From contig NC_043001.1 of assembly GCF_006345805.1 (NCBI RefSeq), positions 131,192,001 through 131,256,000 on the forward strand: DNA of 64,000 bases. The letters run 5' to 3'. Position 1 is the first letter of the stretch; every line of letters begins with the position of its first letter. Shown here one piece after another: positions 51,995-64,000 of this stretch. A program made the translations under genes and the position numbers. The notes beneath the pieces were generated by a model, which was not told where the DNA came from, made no database searches, and saw only the letters and a list, made by a program, of their open reading frames with translations. The stretch comes from Octopus sinensis. Its lineage: Eukaryota.

Positions 51995-54170
51995 CAGCAC
52001 TTATTAAACTATGGGTTGCAACCCCAAATGGGGTCACAAAGAGAAATGCTGGGGTGGTCACGAAAATTAAATTCAAACACTTGAATTTCAGTTTATATGT
52101 TATTTCACAATATTTAACATGATGCACCATGCAAGCACTGCAGTAATAAAATGCATGTGTGGTGCTGTTGCAACTAGTGCAGTGACAACATGTGTATTTT
52201 CAGTGTAGTTGGTTGATTGTGTGCATCTTAAGTGTATAAATAACAATACAGGTTACTGTTTTATTCGACTGAGGTCAGTATTTATTTAAATAATTTCATG
52301 ATAATTATTTTATGAAATGTTATTTTGTTTATATTTCAAATTGAAAATTTTTTTACTCATGGATAAATGGTTGGACTTGAGTAACAAAAGTAATGATGCA
52401 GATGGCAATGCTACAAAGTCTGTTCAAGCAGGACCTAGTAATCTGAGAGAGGCACCTAAGATACAAAAAAGAAAATATGATGAGTCAGTTCTCCAATTTG
52501 GCTTTACTTTTAATAATAGTGATGGAATGGAACAACCTCTTTGTTTCATTTGTAATAAAGTTTTGGCTTCTTGAATTTAAACATCCCTCATACGTCAATA
52601 AACCAAAGATATATTTTGAAATACTGTTTATGTCTTCAAATATAGAAAAGCAAAATTTTGAGAAATTTATGACTACAAACGAAAAATATTTATTAGCATC
52701 ATATGAAGTTTCATATCCAATTGCAAAAAATAAAAAAGCATACACCATTGGGGAAGAACTTTTATTACCTGCTGCTATGAAGATGGTAGAAATACTTCAT
52801 GGAAGTAAATATGGTGAATTCAGAAATTCAGAAAATACCTTTGCCAAATGACACTGTCACCAATAGAAGTACTGAAAATAGCAATGACCAATTTGAGCAA
52901 CTTATTACTATACTTAAAGAAAACCCAAAATGTGCAATTCAGTTGGACAAAACAACTGATATTTCAAAATTGGTTCAATTGTAAGTATATATCAGATGCA
53001 TTTGTAAAGAAAACACCAATGAAGAATTGTTATTTTGTCAGCCTTTGGAAGACCATACAAGAGGGAAAGACATATATAGTAAAGTCGACAAATTGCTTAA
53101 AACTGTACGTTTGGAATGGAAAAATTGTATTGGAGTGTGCACAGATGGTGCAAAAGCAATGACAGCCAAAAATATTGGTTTTTAAATCGTTTGTTAAGGC
53201 TGCTAGTAATAACTAAGTAACTTTTACAAATTGCATGATCCAATTGAGAGTCTCTAGCAGCAAAAAAATTAGCACCAGAATTAAACTATGTGCTTCAGGA
53301 TGTTATCAAAATTATTAAAAGCCGTGCCCTTAACAGCCATTTATTTTCAAATCTCTGTAAAGACATGGACTCAGAATACAAAAACATATTATTGCATGCA
53401 GAAATAAGGTGGTTGTCAAGAAAGCAAAGTTTAAACAGATTATTTTTGTTAAAAGATGAAATTATTATATTTTTAACTGAACAAAAATCTGATCTTGCTG
53501 CTCTTTTTCAAAATAGCTTATGGCTTTCAAATTTATGCTGTTTGTCATATATTTTTGAGAAACTAAACGATCTCAACTTCTCTCTTCAAGGAAAGAAAAG
53601 CGATATATTTACTTCAAATGATAAAATTGAGGGTCTTATTAAAAAGATCAACATTTGGAAGAATGGGATGAAAAATGATTAATTCGAAATGTTTCCAGTT
53701 ATCAATGATTTTATAAACTGAAAATAATTGTAAAACTTTAATTGCAAAAATTATTACAGACCACTTAAATACCCTAGAAACAGTTTCACAAATACTTCAT
53801 ATCAAACTTTAATTTCAAAATGTTATCTTGGATTCAGAAACCATTTTCAATTGACATTGATGATATTAATAATCTGCTGTATAAAGACCAAGAAGAATTT
53901 GGTGACCTACTGAGTGACTTAGACTTGAATTTACAGAAAAATCTTTGACTGAATTTTGGATCGGAGCTAAAGCTGAATTTCCCAAAATTTCTGCAATGGC
54001 ATTACATGTTCTTTTGTCATTTAGCACCACATGTGAAATGACTTTTTCAGCTTCAACCCTTATTAAAACCAAATATTGTTCACTGCTGAAAAACATAGAA
54101 GATGCTTTACATCTAACAGTGTCAAATATTACACCAAGACATTTTTCAGGTTCTCCAAGAAGAAAAGAAA
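51995..54170 (+). mobile_element. Decayed hAT transposon, Buster/Charlie (ZBED5/ZBED8-like) transposase, 3' end missing
   Basis: Left end CAGCACTTATTAAACTATGGGTTGCAACCCC is preceded by ATCTAAAT (central TA). From ATG at 52359: KRKYDES.LQFGF...PLCFICNKVLA (BED finger), ASYEVSYPIAKNKKAYTIGEELLLPAA, AIQLDKTTDIS, CTDGAKAMT, HAEIRWLSR, EFPKISAMALHVLLSFSTTCEMTFS. Split across at least 5 ORFs. Confidence 0.93.
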
Positions 54171-54379
54171 GGATTTCTCTTGCCAATTTGTTAGTCTGAT
54201 GGTGAAAGGCAATTGAATTAAGTTTGACTGATAATTTTAAAAGGTCTACTCAGCTAATATGTAGTTTGTTGATATTGGAAGGTAGAAATTGCCTTTAGGA
54301 GGTGAACTCAGAGCATAAGCTAACCTAATATTGCAAAGAATTTTGTCCAGCATTAAATCCTAAAACGATGATTGACTTT

Positions 54380-54485
54380 TTAAGAGAAAGAGTTCTGGGA
54401 TCAATTTCTTCGACTAGAACCCTTTAAGATGGTGCTCCAGCATGGCCATAGTCAAATGACTGAAACAAGTAAAAGAATAGAAGAA
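54380..54485 (+). mobile_element. SINE A/B-type 3' tail fragment
   Basis: ggatcaatttcttcgact...ggtgctccagcatggccatagtcaaatgactgaaacaagtaaaagaatag. Confidence 0.75.
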
Positions 54486-56034
54486 TAGTAGATCTCAAGG
54501 TAGCTTTTATGACCTACATGCATTTCAATTAAAGAAAAACAAACAAATTATTTAGGAAGTAATTTAATCTTGGGTTACAGAGTTTATATGTTATCTAATA
54601 ATTAAATAAGTAACTGTTCTATTTTATTGAGAAAATAAACTTTTAAATTCTGGAATTACTAAATTCTACATATTTTTTCAAATAATCAGACAGTAAATTT
54701 ATGACCTCACTAATTTGATTCTAATTTTTCACAATCTATGTGTTCTCCAAAAGATTATGCTGGCAAATATCAATTTTAGGAACAGAGGAACATTTATTCC
54801 CAATAGGAAAGTTTTTCTTCTTACAATAAGCTGCAATTACAAAAGTAATGAGCCAATCCTCATAATACTAATTAAAACATCGTTTTTAGATTTCCAACTT
54901 CAACAATTGCAGATTCATAAAAAGACAATAAGAACCATTGTAACTAAAAAGTAATGCAAATTTTAAAAGATGTTATAAGAATAAAAAAAAAGGACAATGC
55001 TAGGTACATATGATAGTTTACTGTATTTTAATCCTACTTGTAGGCCTTAAGGTGAAAAGAAAATAATTTCCTACATATTCTATCAAGATTATTTTTAAAA
55101 AAAGTAGTTATCACAGTAAAACAATCAACAAATCTAATATGAAAAATCTATTCAAAAAATAAAATTTGAACAAAAGACGTCTTAGAAAATTTGAAAGATA
55201 AAAATGCATCCATAATATAGTTTAATGACTGAGGCAATTTTCAGTAACAGCGGAAGTGGGTATAGTCAAAATTAGGATTTTGTAAAATTACACACTTATT
55301 TATACAAGAAGAACAGGGAAACTGCAATAGCTAAATGGCTTCCAGCAAACACCTAGCATATATCTCCCCATAAGCTAACATGTTACACTTCTTACAAATG
55401 AAGGAGTGTTTCATAAAAAGAAAATGAAATCATACAAATACAGCAGTAATGTGCTCTTATAATCAGACTATCAATAATGTTTTTGATACATCCTTAGATT
55501 TTGTTAACATAAAATCTGTTATGCTGATCAGAATACACATAAATACCTCACTTGTAAGTGATGCAGTAACATCTCAAATATCTACTGCTTATATGAATTA
55601 ATTTTAGCTTTAAATAATGCATACTGGGTATGTGTGTATATCCATCAAATATGAATAAAAATAAATACCTTTTAAAATGAATATCTAAAATGAAAAGGAA
55701 AATTTTAATGTCAGTACCTGTATATGATCAAAAGCATTTATGATATTCATTCTTATGAATAATGATTTGCTTTAATGAGGTATAAGGCCAAGATTTTGTG
55801 GAGGAAATACATAATCAATTCAACACTTCAGTTTATTAATGTTACAAAATTTTTAAAATACAAGAATTTAAAAAAACAATCCTTGATGAATGAAATACAA
55901 TGTTGGACCCTCAAAAACTTTAGTGCCAACACAAATAAAAAATAGCAAAAATGGAAAACTAAAAACTATAAAACTGATAAGAACGTGACTCTGTAATACA
56001 TACCAATTCCTTTCGTAATATCATAAAAAATTTT

Positions 56035-56370
56035 AAGTGGTTATGCATTGAAAAGTTTGCTTCCCAGCCATATGATCCTGTGTTCAGTCCTACTGTGTGG
56101 CACATTGGGTAAATATCTTCTACTAGAGCCCCAAGCCAATCAAAGCCTTGCGAATAGATTTGGTAGATAGAAATTAAAAGTGGTCTGTATCTGTGTGTGT
56201 CCTTCACTACTTGACAACTAGTGTTGGTTTGTTGGTATCCCTATTACTTAGTGGTATGGCAAAAGAGACTGATAAAGTACCAGGCTTTAAAAAAATGCAT
56301 TCAACTAAAACCCTCCAAAGTGGTGCATCAACATGATCACAGACCAATGACTGAAACAAGTAAAAGATAA
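56035..56370 (+). mobile_element. SINE family A, old degenerate copy
   Basis: Head, body and tail are colinear with 6354-6750. Confidence 0.7.
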
Positions 56371-57351
56371 AAAATAGTTATATAAAATCTATTGCCTCTG
56401 AAATGCCCACAAGGCTAGTAAAATTATTATTTTAATTGCCAACAGAATCTCCTTCAACATTATCTATGATCACAGTTGAATATATTTTGAAATACTACAC
56501 AATGGCAAGAACTTTTTTCAAACTATTTGCCCTGCTATAGCAATTTTCTAATTGTACTCCTCATGGTTCTGCTTTTAAGGCAGTATTTTACTGCAGGATG
56601 CTTTCCCTGTTGTCAACCTTTTCAGTCATCTTGTATGACATACAGGGTTACAGTGTGTCTATTCTTACAATTTACAGTACCTGATTTGAGAAAACTGAAT
56701 GTCCAATTGGTATCAAGGCCATCCAGCAAAATCCTCAACTTTATAATTTCTAAAATCCCCTGGTATAATATCTTCCTTTTCATCATATTCTCCACAGTTG
56801 TGATCATACTACTGATTTCATTAAAAAAAGGTACATTCTTTTCATTGGTCAATCAGCATGATTATCAATAAAAGAGATGTGCTATATAAATTTTTCTCTG
56901 ATTCATAAGTGGAAGGGAATTTGACAATCTTTTTCCAGCTTATTGCCAGAAAATGCTTCAAATTTTCACCACTACTAGTTAGCAACAATCAAGGGGCAAA
57001 GATATTAGATAATATGGTTCAAAAATATAGATAATAGTATGACCAAATGTTCAAAAACTGCAAACAACCAGAGTCTTCAAAACAAAGTAAATAGTGGATA
57101 TTAGACATATAACAACCTATCTGTGATTGAAACAGGCCCACTAAAACTATATATATTGCTTATTGGCTGAATATTTGCCTATTACATCACAGAGAACCTA
57201 CCACTCATGTTACTCAATTAAGTACAACAAATTGTCTCTATTATTTTAACTGTACTATTTTATCTGCACAAGATGATTCCTCACCCTTTCAGTTATTCTC
57301 CTAATACCAACTTACCAAAAACCAAAATTTTTCCCTTTCTCTTGAAATCAT

Positions 57352-57862
57352 CATCATCATCGTTTAACATCCGCTTTCCATGCTAGCATGGGTTGGACGA
57401 ATGACTGAGGGCTGATGAACCAGATGGCTGCACCAGGCTTCAATCTTGATCTGGCAGAGTTTCTACAGCTGGATGCCCTTCCTAATGCCAACCACTCCGA
57501 GAGTGTAGTGGGTTTTTTTACGTGCCAGTCAGGCAGTACTGGCAACGATCTCACTCGAATCTTTTACACATGCCACCGACACTGGTGCCAGTAAGGCGAT
57601 GCTGGTAATGATCACACTCGAATGGTGTCTTTTACATGCCACTGGCACAGAGGCCAGATAGCTGCTCTGGCAATGATCATGCTCGGAGGGTGCTCTTAAT
57701 ACCCGACTAGCCCGGGGCTTGAGTGCCAGTAAGGCGACGCTAGTAACGATCATGCTCGAATGGTGCCTTTTAAGTGCCACTGGCATGGAAGCCAGTTAGC
57801 CGCTCTGTCAATGATCGCACTCGTATGGTGCTCTTTGCACCCCGCTAGCACGGACGCCATGA
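57352..57862 (-). mobile_element. Family D retroelement with (GAT)n tail and a 138-bp higher-order internal repeat
   Basis: (CAT)n-CGTTTAACATCCGCTTTCCATGCTAGCATGGGTTGGA tail. The motif AA(C/T)GATC...CTCG occurs with GATC at 57547, 57610, 57675, 57748 and 57813. Confidence 0.75.
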
Positions 57863-58520
57863 ATACTATTTTCTAAACCCATTTTTTAGTTTTCAGAATT
57901 GTACAATATTCTGAAACTACTCCTAAATTAACAAACAGAGGAAAAATTTTGTCATGTAAAAGCTTTATCATCACACAATTATTATTTTACAAACTGATGG
58001 CACCACTGGTTGGCTGCCTGAGCCAACAAGGTAGCTGTTTCATAGTTGCTTGATTTAACGGATAGAAATAGCCAATAATTTCCAGCAAATCACATTCTAC
58101 CAACTTGAAACAAAGACTAACTGGATGCAGTGGTCCTAGACATAGGAGGGTTACAACTGATATGCATTTGACTACAGGTCTGCTCGATCAAGATGGCCTT
58201 TGAGCTAAACAACAACTACAACAACAAAACTACATTCTACTCAGTCATCAAAAAATATTTAAAAAGTGCAGCAAAAATTAGCATATGCTTATTTTTTTTT
58301 TAATTTGTAGTAAGGGAAGTTCAAGTTGAAAGGAATGTCTTTAGAATAAAATAGTCTTAGATGGGTAAAGGTTTTAAAATCCATAACTAATTGGAATAAA
58401 CTGTAATAAGTTGTTTTTATATTAAAAGTAAGCCAATTTTATTTAAATATTACAATTTCTATTATGATATAAAGAAATGCTAGATGATTTCATGAAGAAA
58501 ACAAGTAACATCTGGTTTAA

Positions 58521-58740
58521 CCCTTTAGTATTCCAATTACTTTGTCAAATGTAATATTTATTTATTCTCACTGTTTTAAATTAATCATGCATTATTTTGT
58601 ACCTTTGAGATTTTGATGATGTGATTGGTTATTTTTAGAATGACATGGTAGCATAGGTGTGGGAGGTCAGATCGGGCTTGTCTGAACATAAAACAGATAG
58701 AATATTGGGGCTAGATATGACCAGTTTAAATGCTATAGGG
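58521..58740 (+). mobile_element. piggyBac-type MITE M1, older copy
   Basis: TTAA|CCCTTTAG...CTATAGGG|TTAA. Confidence 0.85.
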
Positions 58741-60914
58741 TTAAAGTAGATAAGATGCAATGTAAACCAAAATTCTAAATAACAGACTTAAATGAGAAGA
58801 AAAGAAACCTGTAAGAAAATAGGTTTGCCATAAAATTGCATTGAAACATTTTTACAGATTTTATACTTAGGAAATTTTAGCATTTCTTCCTTGTATGTGT
58901 GTTTGAGAAGAATATGTATCATCAGTGAGGCTATATGAACTAAGTCAGGAAATATTATATATTACGATCACAAGTACCTTTTTCATTGGAGTTAATGAAT
59001 ACTCAAAACAAATTACTGATTTACTTTATATAATTTGTTTATTTGACACTAGAGCAATGTTAACAGAAATTACATCTTTTCAAGTAAAATTTAATTTCAC
59101 TAGGTAAAAGTTTAATTCTAAAAAAATTAATTATATTTTTATTTAAGAAATGATTATCTTTAGAAGGTGATGGGCTTTAAAAGATCGAGTAAATCAAAAT
59201 AAAACTAAACAGTTCTGTGTAATATAAAAGTAATTAAATCAGTTTATATCCTGGTAAACAAAATATAATTCACATTACAACAAATAGAAATACTACAGAA
59301 TATATCCAACTGGTTCATGAAGAAATCTCTAATTTTCATTTAGCAATTAATGAATAATAGCATCACTGGATACAAGTAATCTACAGGCCAATCACTGGTC
59401 CACTAGATTTCTAATAGTGAGAGTGGCAAGGGAGTGCTTGTAACATCAGAGCAGAACAAGTATCTAAAGGAGCGTTTTTTGTTTTTCTTACTAATGTTTG
59501 CATTACTCACTGATATGCATTGACAATAGATACATGCACACACATACATACATGCACCTCCCCTCTATACACACACACTATGTGTGTTGAAATATGTTCA
59601 AATTTTCAGATCAGTCAATTGAATATAAGTTAGTGCAAATTAACTTTTTTTTTCATTAGATTCTGTAATCGCATTGTGTTTTTTACTTTTATAGCCAACC
59701 ATGACACAATTTCCAATTCTAGATGAATAGATACAAAAGCTAATATCACTAAAATTCTGAACAGCCTAATCATATTCACATCCTTGATTGATTATACAAA
59801 CTCTCAATATTTTATTCTCCTCTAAACCAGACATCTATTCATGTATACAACATTTTCCAATCACTGCACCATAGCCACATATCCTTCTATATCAATGTAA
59901 TAGACAAAAGTTAATCTTTTATGCATCACAAAGTCATTCCAGTCGATTCATTAAATATATACGGTTTTCTCGTAGAAACCAATGTCTTTCACTACGATAT
60001 AAAATATTTGAGAGGTAATTCTCCTCTTTTTCATTTTTTCTTCTCTTCAATAATCATGATGACTACTGAAGCAGAAGAAAGCTGTGTAAGCAAAACAAAG
60101 CTATATTACCAAACTAAAGACCCCTAAAATTGCATATCAATACTTATTTGGCTTCTATGCGGAAAATATTAATAAATTCACAATTCTCACCAGCTATATC
60201 GGCAAAACCTTCAGTTATATAGAGCATGAGATCTGCCAGGTAAAGCTGGGTGTACACTACATCTAACACTAAAAATTTGAGCTGAAAAACCCTTAGTAAA
60301 TTACGCTGCATCACAAAGTGAAATATCCAACTATTATTTTAGGTAGATCTCAGTATATAATTTTATCTTAAAACCTCTTCCATATTTTCATTGTACAACC
60401 TTTACACATTCCCTACTAGCTACACGTGCTTCTGTGCAACTGACATTTCTCTAAATTTCTTGCATATTCTCTGCACACAGGATTCATCAAGGTAAAAACT
60501 TCAATACTACTTATAAAGCTTAATCCCTAAGAATGCAAACAAAGTGAAATATATTGCAATACAAATTTTAAAGATTTGCCCCAGCAGCATGAAAATATGA
60601 GCACTAAATATTTCATAGAAACAAAGTCCCATTGCCAACTCATTACACAGAAACAATATTCAGTCCATGCACATACTCATTATTAACTAGCTGGACCTGT
60701 GAAAAAATGTAAGCATCTGTAAATTGTGTGCTGGTGCCATGAGAAATGTTTGTATATTGTAACAGTTACAGAATATAGAAAGAAGTGTAGAACCAATAAC
60801 TATAAAATCCAACCAAAATATCTGTTACACAAACGTAAACAGAATTATTATTTAGCCTTAAAATACATCGTATATATTCAAAGAACCTTCTTGGTTTAGT
60901 GATACGGAATGTTC

Positions 60915-60985
60915 TTCTAGCATTCTTTTACTTGTTGCAGTCATTTGACTGCAGCTATGCAGGAGTAGCACACTTTAGTCGAAGA
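60915..60985 (-). mobile_element. SINE tail fragment
   Basis: ttcttttacttgttgcagtcatttgactgcagc is the reverse complement of the family A tail. Confidence 0.7.
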
Positions 60986-60993
60986 ATACATAT

Positions 60994-61054
<61 letters not shown>

Positions 61055-61429
61055 GCAAGTAAGAAATTTATCCTCATGTGGTAATGAAAAGTGAAAGTGG
61101 CATTCAATATTTGCCAGTAGTTATTTGTCTTTGATTTAACAATGTGTCTATTTATCTATGTATCAGCTTTTCTTTCAAACTATGTATCAGTCCACTCTGA
61201 AAATACTGATAAACATTCAAAAACAGAAAACAAATGCTACCTTCCTTTTAGTCACCACTCACTGTCTCTCTCTCTCACTTCTTCTCTATCCTCCTCTCTC
61301 CCGTTTTGCCACTCCGAGTAAACCTCCTCTGCTTAACACCTTTCATTTTATTTCTCTTCTCCTTTGTAAATCCCTCTTCAAACTTTTTACCTCTTCCTTT
61401 GAACTGTGACACACACCACAGAAAGTAAG

Positions 61430-63520
61430 CAAACTGAAAAAAAAGATAGCTTTTGATTTCCTACCAGTGAAGAAATACAGGTATTTTTGCCATAAATATT
61501 ATTATAGGTATAAGGAAGTTACCCAGAATTACAAATTACTGGAGTAACGATGAATCTTTCAGAGACCAATACATTTCCAATATTATGACAAGGACATGAT
61601 TTGTAAAGTTAAAGCAATATTTACAAGTGAGAGACACTGGCAGTACATCAGTACATGGAGAACAAAACTTCAATCTCTTATTTAAAATAAGAGACCTCAT
61701 TAACTGCATTTGGAATGCATATAAAACATTTTACAACCCTGGTAGAGACATACTCGTCAATGAGGGCATGGTGGGGAATACAGGTAAGGTACATTTTCCA
61801 CAATATATGTCAAGAAAACTCACAAAGTGGGGGATCTAAGTTTGGAAGATTTGCGAAGCAAATACAGTGTACTACTGTGGGTTTAGTTTTGCACAGGAAA
61901 TGGACACAATATATGTCAGTGTATGATATGGTCTGTAATTTATCATTTCCATACCATAAGCAGGGTTGTATATTAAGGCGGCGAGCTGGCAGAAACGTTA
62001 GCACGCTGGGCGAAATGCGTAGCTGTATTTCATCTGTCGTTACGTTCAGAGTTCAAATTCCGCCGAGGTCGACTTTGCCTTTCATCCTTTCAGGGTCGAT
62101 AAACTAAGTACCAGTTAAACACTAGGGTCACTGTAATCAACTTAATCCGTTTGTCTGTCATTGTTTGTCCCCTCGATGTTTATCCCCTTGTGGGTAATAA
62201 AGAAACACGTATATTATTTTTTGACTGAGTTTTTATTTTGGCCAGTGAATGTGACAACATATACGTTTGCAACAGTAATTGCTAGTAGAAAATAGTAGCA
62301 AAATAAAAAAAATGGTGAAATAATCCAATTATAGAAAGGAAATTTTCTAGTGATCGCATGCAGAGAAAAGAGGCAGATAAATTTTTTATCTGCCTCTGCA
62401 CAACCACATGCAGATGAAAATGACAACCCATTTGTGAACCTCAATTGCATGGCACATGGCCGGTGAAGATCGGCTGAATCAAATGATGAGCTATTATCCG
62501 GTTGGTAAACCAGGTAATAAATGGTGGCCATACCTAGTTTGGTTTGATATATAAATATGAGTATTGTAAATGCATTTATATTATAAACCAAATCAGGAGG
62601 GGCTTGAAGGCATTACAACCAGCTGCAGTTCTGAGCAGATGTAGCAATGCAGTTGAGGGTAGGTTATTACCCAGCAAGAAATAACAGTAGGAAGGAAAAC
62701 CAACTCCTGCCAAAGAGCTATACCTCTGAATTCAGCCAATCTTCACAAATTGGAAGAACTCGAGGGCTGCAAAAGTCAGTGCCATGAATGTCTACATGAA
62801 TAAAGGAAAACTCCCAGTCGATGGCCAGTTGAAATTGTTTTCCAATGTGCATTCTGCAAGGTTGCATTATATAGAGTGGGATATTTTCCCTGACAGGAAA
62901 TGTGTATGAATAGTGTATATATGTATGATTTGATTTTATAAATATTTTTCAAATTTACTTTGTTTTTACTTTTTATTTACCTGCAATTTTAATTTGCTTG
63001 TAAGGTGAGTGACAAGTTTTGATTTAATTTCTATTGTAAATCTTTATTACATATGCTTTTATGTATTCGTGTATGTGTGTGAGTTTATTTCATTTAATTG
63101 ATGTATTTCATTTTCTAGTCTTCTTCAGAAACAAACTCCAATATTTCATTTTATTTTTCTTTTATGGTACACCTGTTCATATATGCATTAAATTCAACTG
63201 ATAATCTAGTGACGTGCACAATTCTTCTATATTGAAATTTTATTGCATACCCAATTGAATATTAGCTAATGACTCATTTTATATGGTGATGTTTAAACAA
63301 AATTTTATATTTTGTTGAATTTACCTTAATTAGAGTCACTTTGAGACAACAGTTATGCAATAGAATTGATTAAGAACCTTTTCTTCAATTGATCTCCAAA
63401 AATCACATTAATATGTCGATGAATAAAGTTACAGTTGTTTAATGAAATCAGTCTAAATTTGTGATTATTTTAGAGCTTAATTGAAACTCATAAGGAGTGT
63501 GCTTTAGTTAAAAATATAAG
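61430..63520 (+). mobile_element. Long decayed piggyBac transposon (most of the transposase plus 3' end), same family as 36543-37630, interrupted by a SINE
   Basis: IGIRKLPRITNYWSND, LFKIRDLI, ILVNEGMV (D1 to N), QYMSRKLTKWGI*VW, GCILFFD* (D2), TYTFATV, MAGEDRLNQMMSYY...KWW (D3 to N), and C-terminal C..C...FQCAFCKVAL. 63227-63515 aligns with 37304-37620. Confidence 0.9.
61976..62208 (+). mobile_element. Young tRNA-headed SINE family B with 8-bp TSD
   Basis: A-box-like TGGCAGAAACG, B-box GAGTTCAAATTCC, central GCCTTTCATCCTTTCAGGGTCGATAAACTAAGTACC. GTATATTA at 61968-61975 and 62209-62216. Confidence 0.88.
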
Positions 63521-64000
63521 ACTATAGCAACTGCCTGTAAACCACCAACTGGAATGCTGTCTAAACTTCTCTGGCACCCCATGTAACCCAGGTAACTTGA
63601 ATTTATCCAATGCACATGCTTTTGCATCCATCCTTCATTGTTTATAGTGGGTCTCATGTGTTTGAATCATATACTAGATCATATACTCAGGCATATATCA
63701 GATAATATACAAGAATATAGTGAATTTTGAACTAGATGATGTACTGTGACATGTTGCAGATGATATACTGAAAAGTGTAGCAGATGACATGTTCATGTTC
63801 CAAGCCATGTACTAGATCATACACAGACAAATATAGTTTTTGTTACTACATCTCTTATAAACCCTTTTCTATCCATTTTTTCCTTGGTCATAATTTACAT
63901 TAAACATAAACTACACTAACCTCATCTTAGCCTTGTCTTGCAATCTAACTTCACCTAAGACTAGTGAAGAAAATAAAACTGAAAGTCTTATGTTAAATTA

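Noticed and set aside
52359-54170. Domesticated ZBED5/ZBED8/FAM200-like host gene
   Set aside because: There are multiple stops and frameshifts and a transposon left end, so it is a decayed element.
57540-57850. Regularly spaced repeats resembling a CRISPR array
   Set aside because: The repeats are degenerate, the spacers are homologous to each other, there are no cas genes, and the context is a eukaryotic retroelement.
60192-60240. Plus-strand YIGKT as a GIY-YIG nuclease remnant
   Set aside because: It is an isolated 5-residue match with no upstream GIY/GVVY or downstream R..EH support.
5953-60985. Orientation bias of SINE A copies (9 plus vs 2 minus) as evidence for a minus-strand host gene
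   Set aside because: Two-sided binomial p is about 0.065, and other SINE families occur in both orientations. Too weak.

Overview
AT-rich, repeat-dense eukaryotic genomic DNA. It is most likely from an octopus-type coleoid cephalopod; this is an inference from the SINE/MITE repertoire and the (TA)n/(CA)n density. I could not recognise any intact host protein-coding gene, rRNA, true tRNA or CRISPR array. Most ORF-track entries are microsatellite read-throughs, chance AT-rich frames or decayed transposon ORFs. The window is a transposon graveyard. It holds a near full-length mariner interrupted by a SINE, a decayed hAT/Buster transposase, and a piggyBac family seen as both a long decayed copy and a short internally deleted copy with intact ends. 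It also holds three kinds of TTAA-flanked MITEs, CR1-, RTE- and Penelope-like retroelement remnants, and at least three tRNA-headed SINE families. The most interesting signals are a degenerate minimal hammerhead-ribozyme motif of the Penelope type (12727-12761), a 191-bp near-perfect palindrome that looks like a fold-back duplication (14616-14806), a 237-bp hairpin element (36210-36446), and a CR1 3' end that shares its tail with the commonest SINE. A tentative, cherry-picked chain of small minus-strand exons hints that the window may be intronic. I found no convincing new biological system. All alignments and translations were done by eye.
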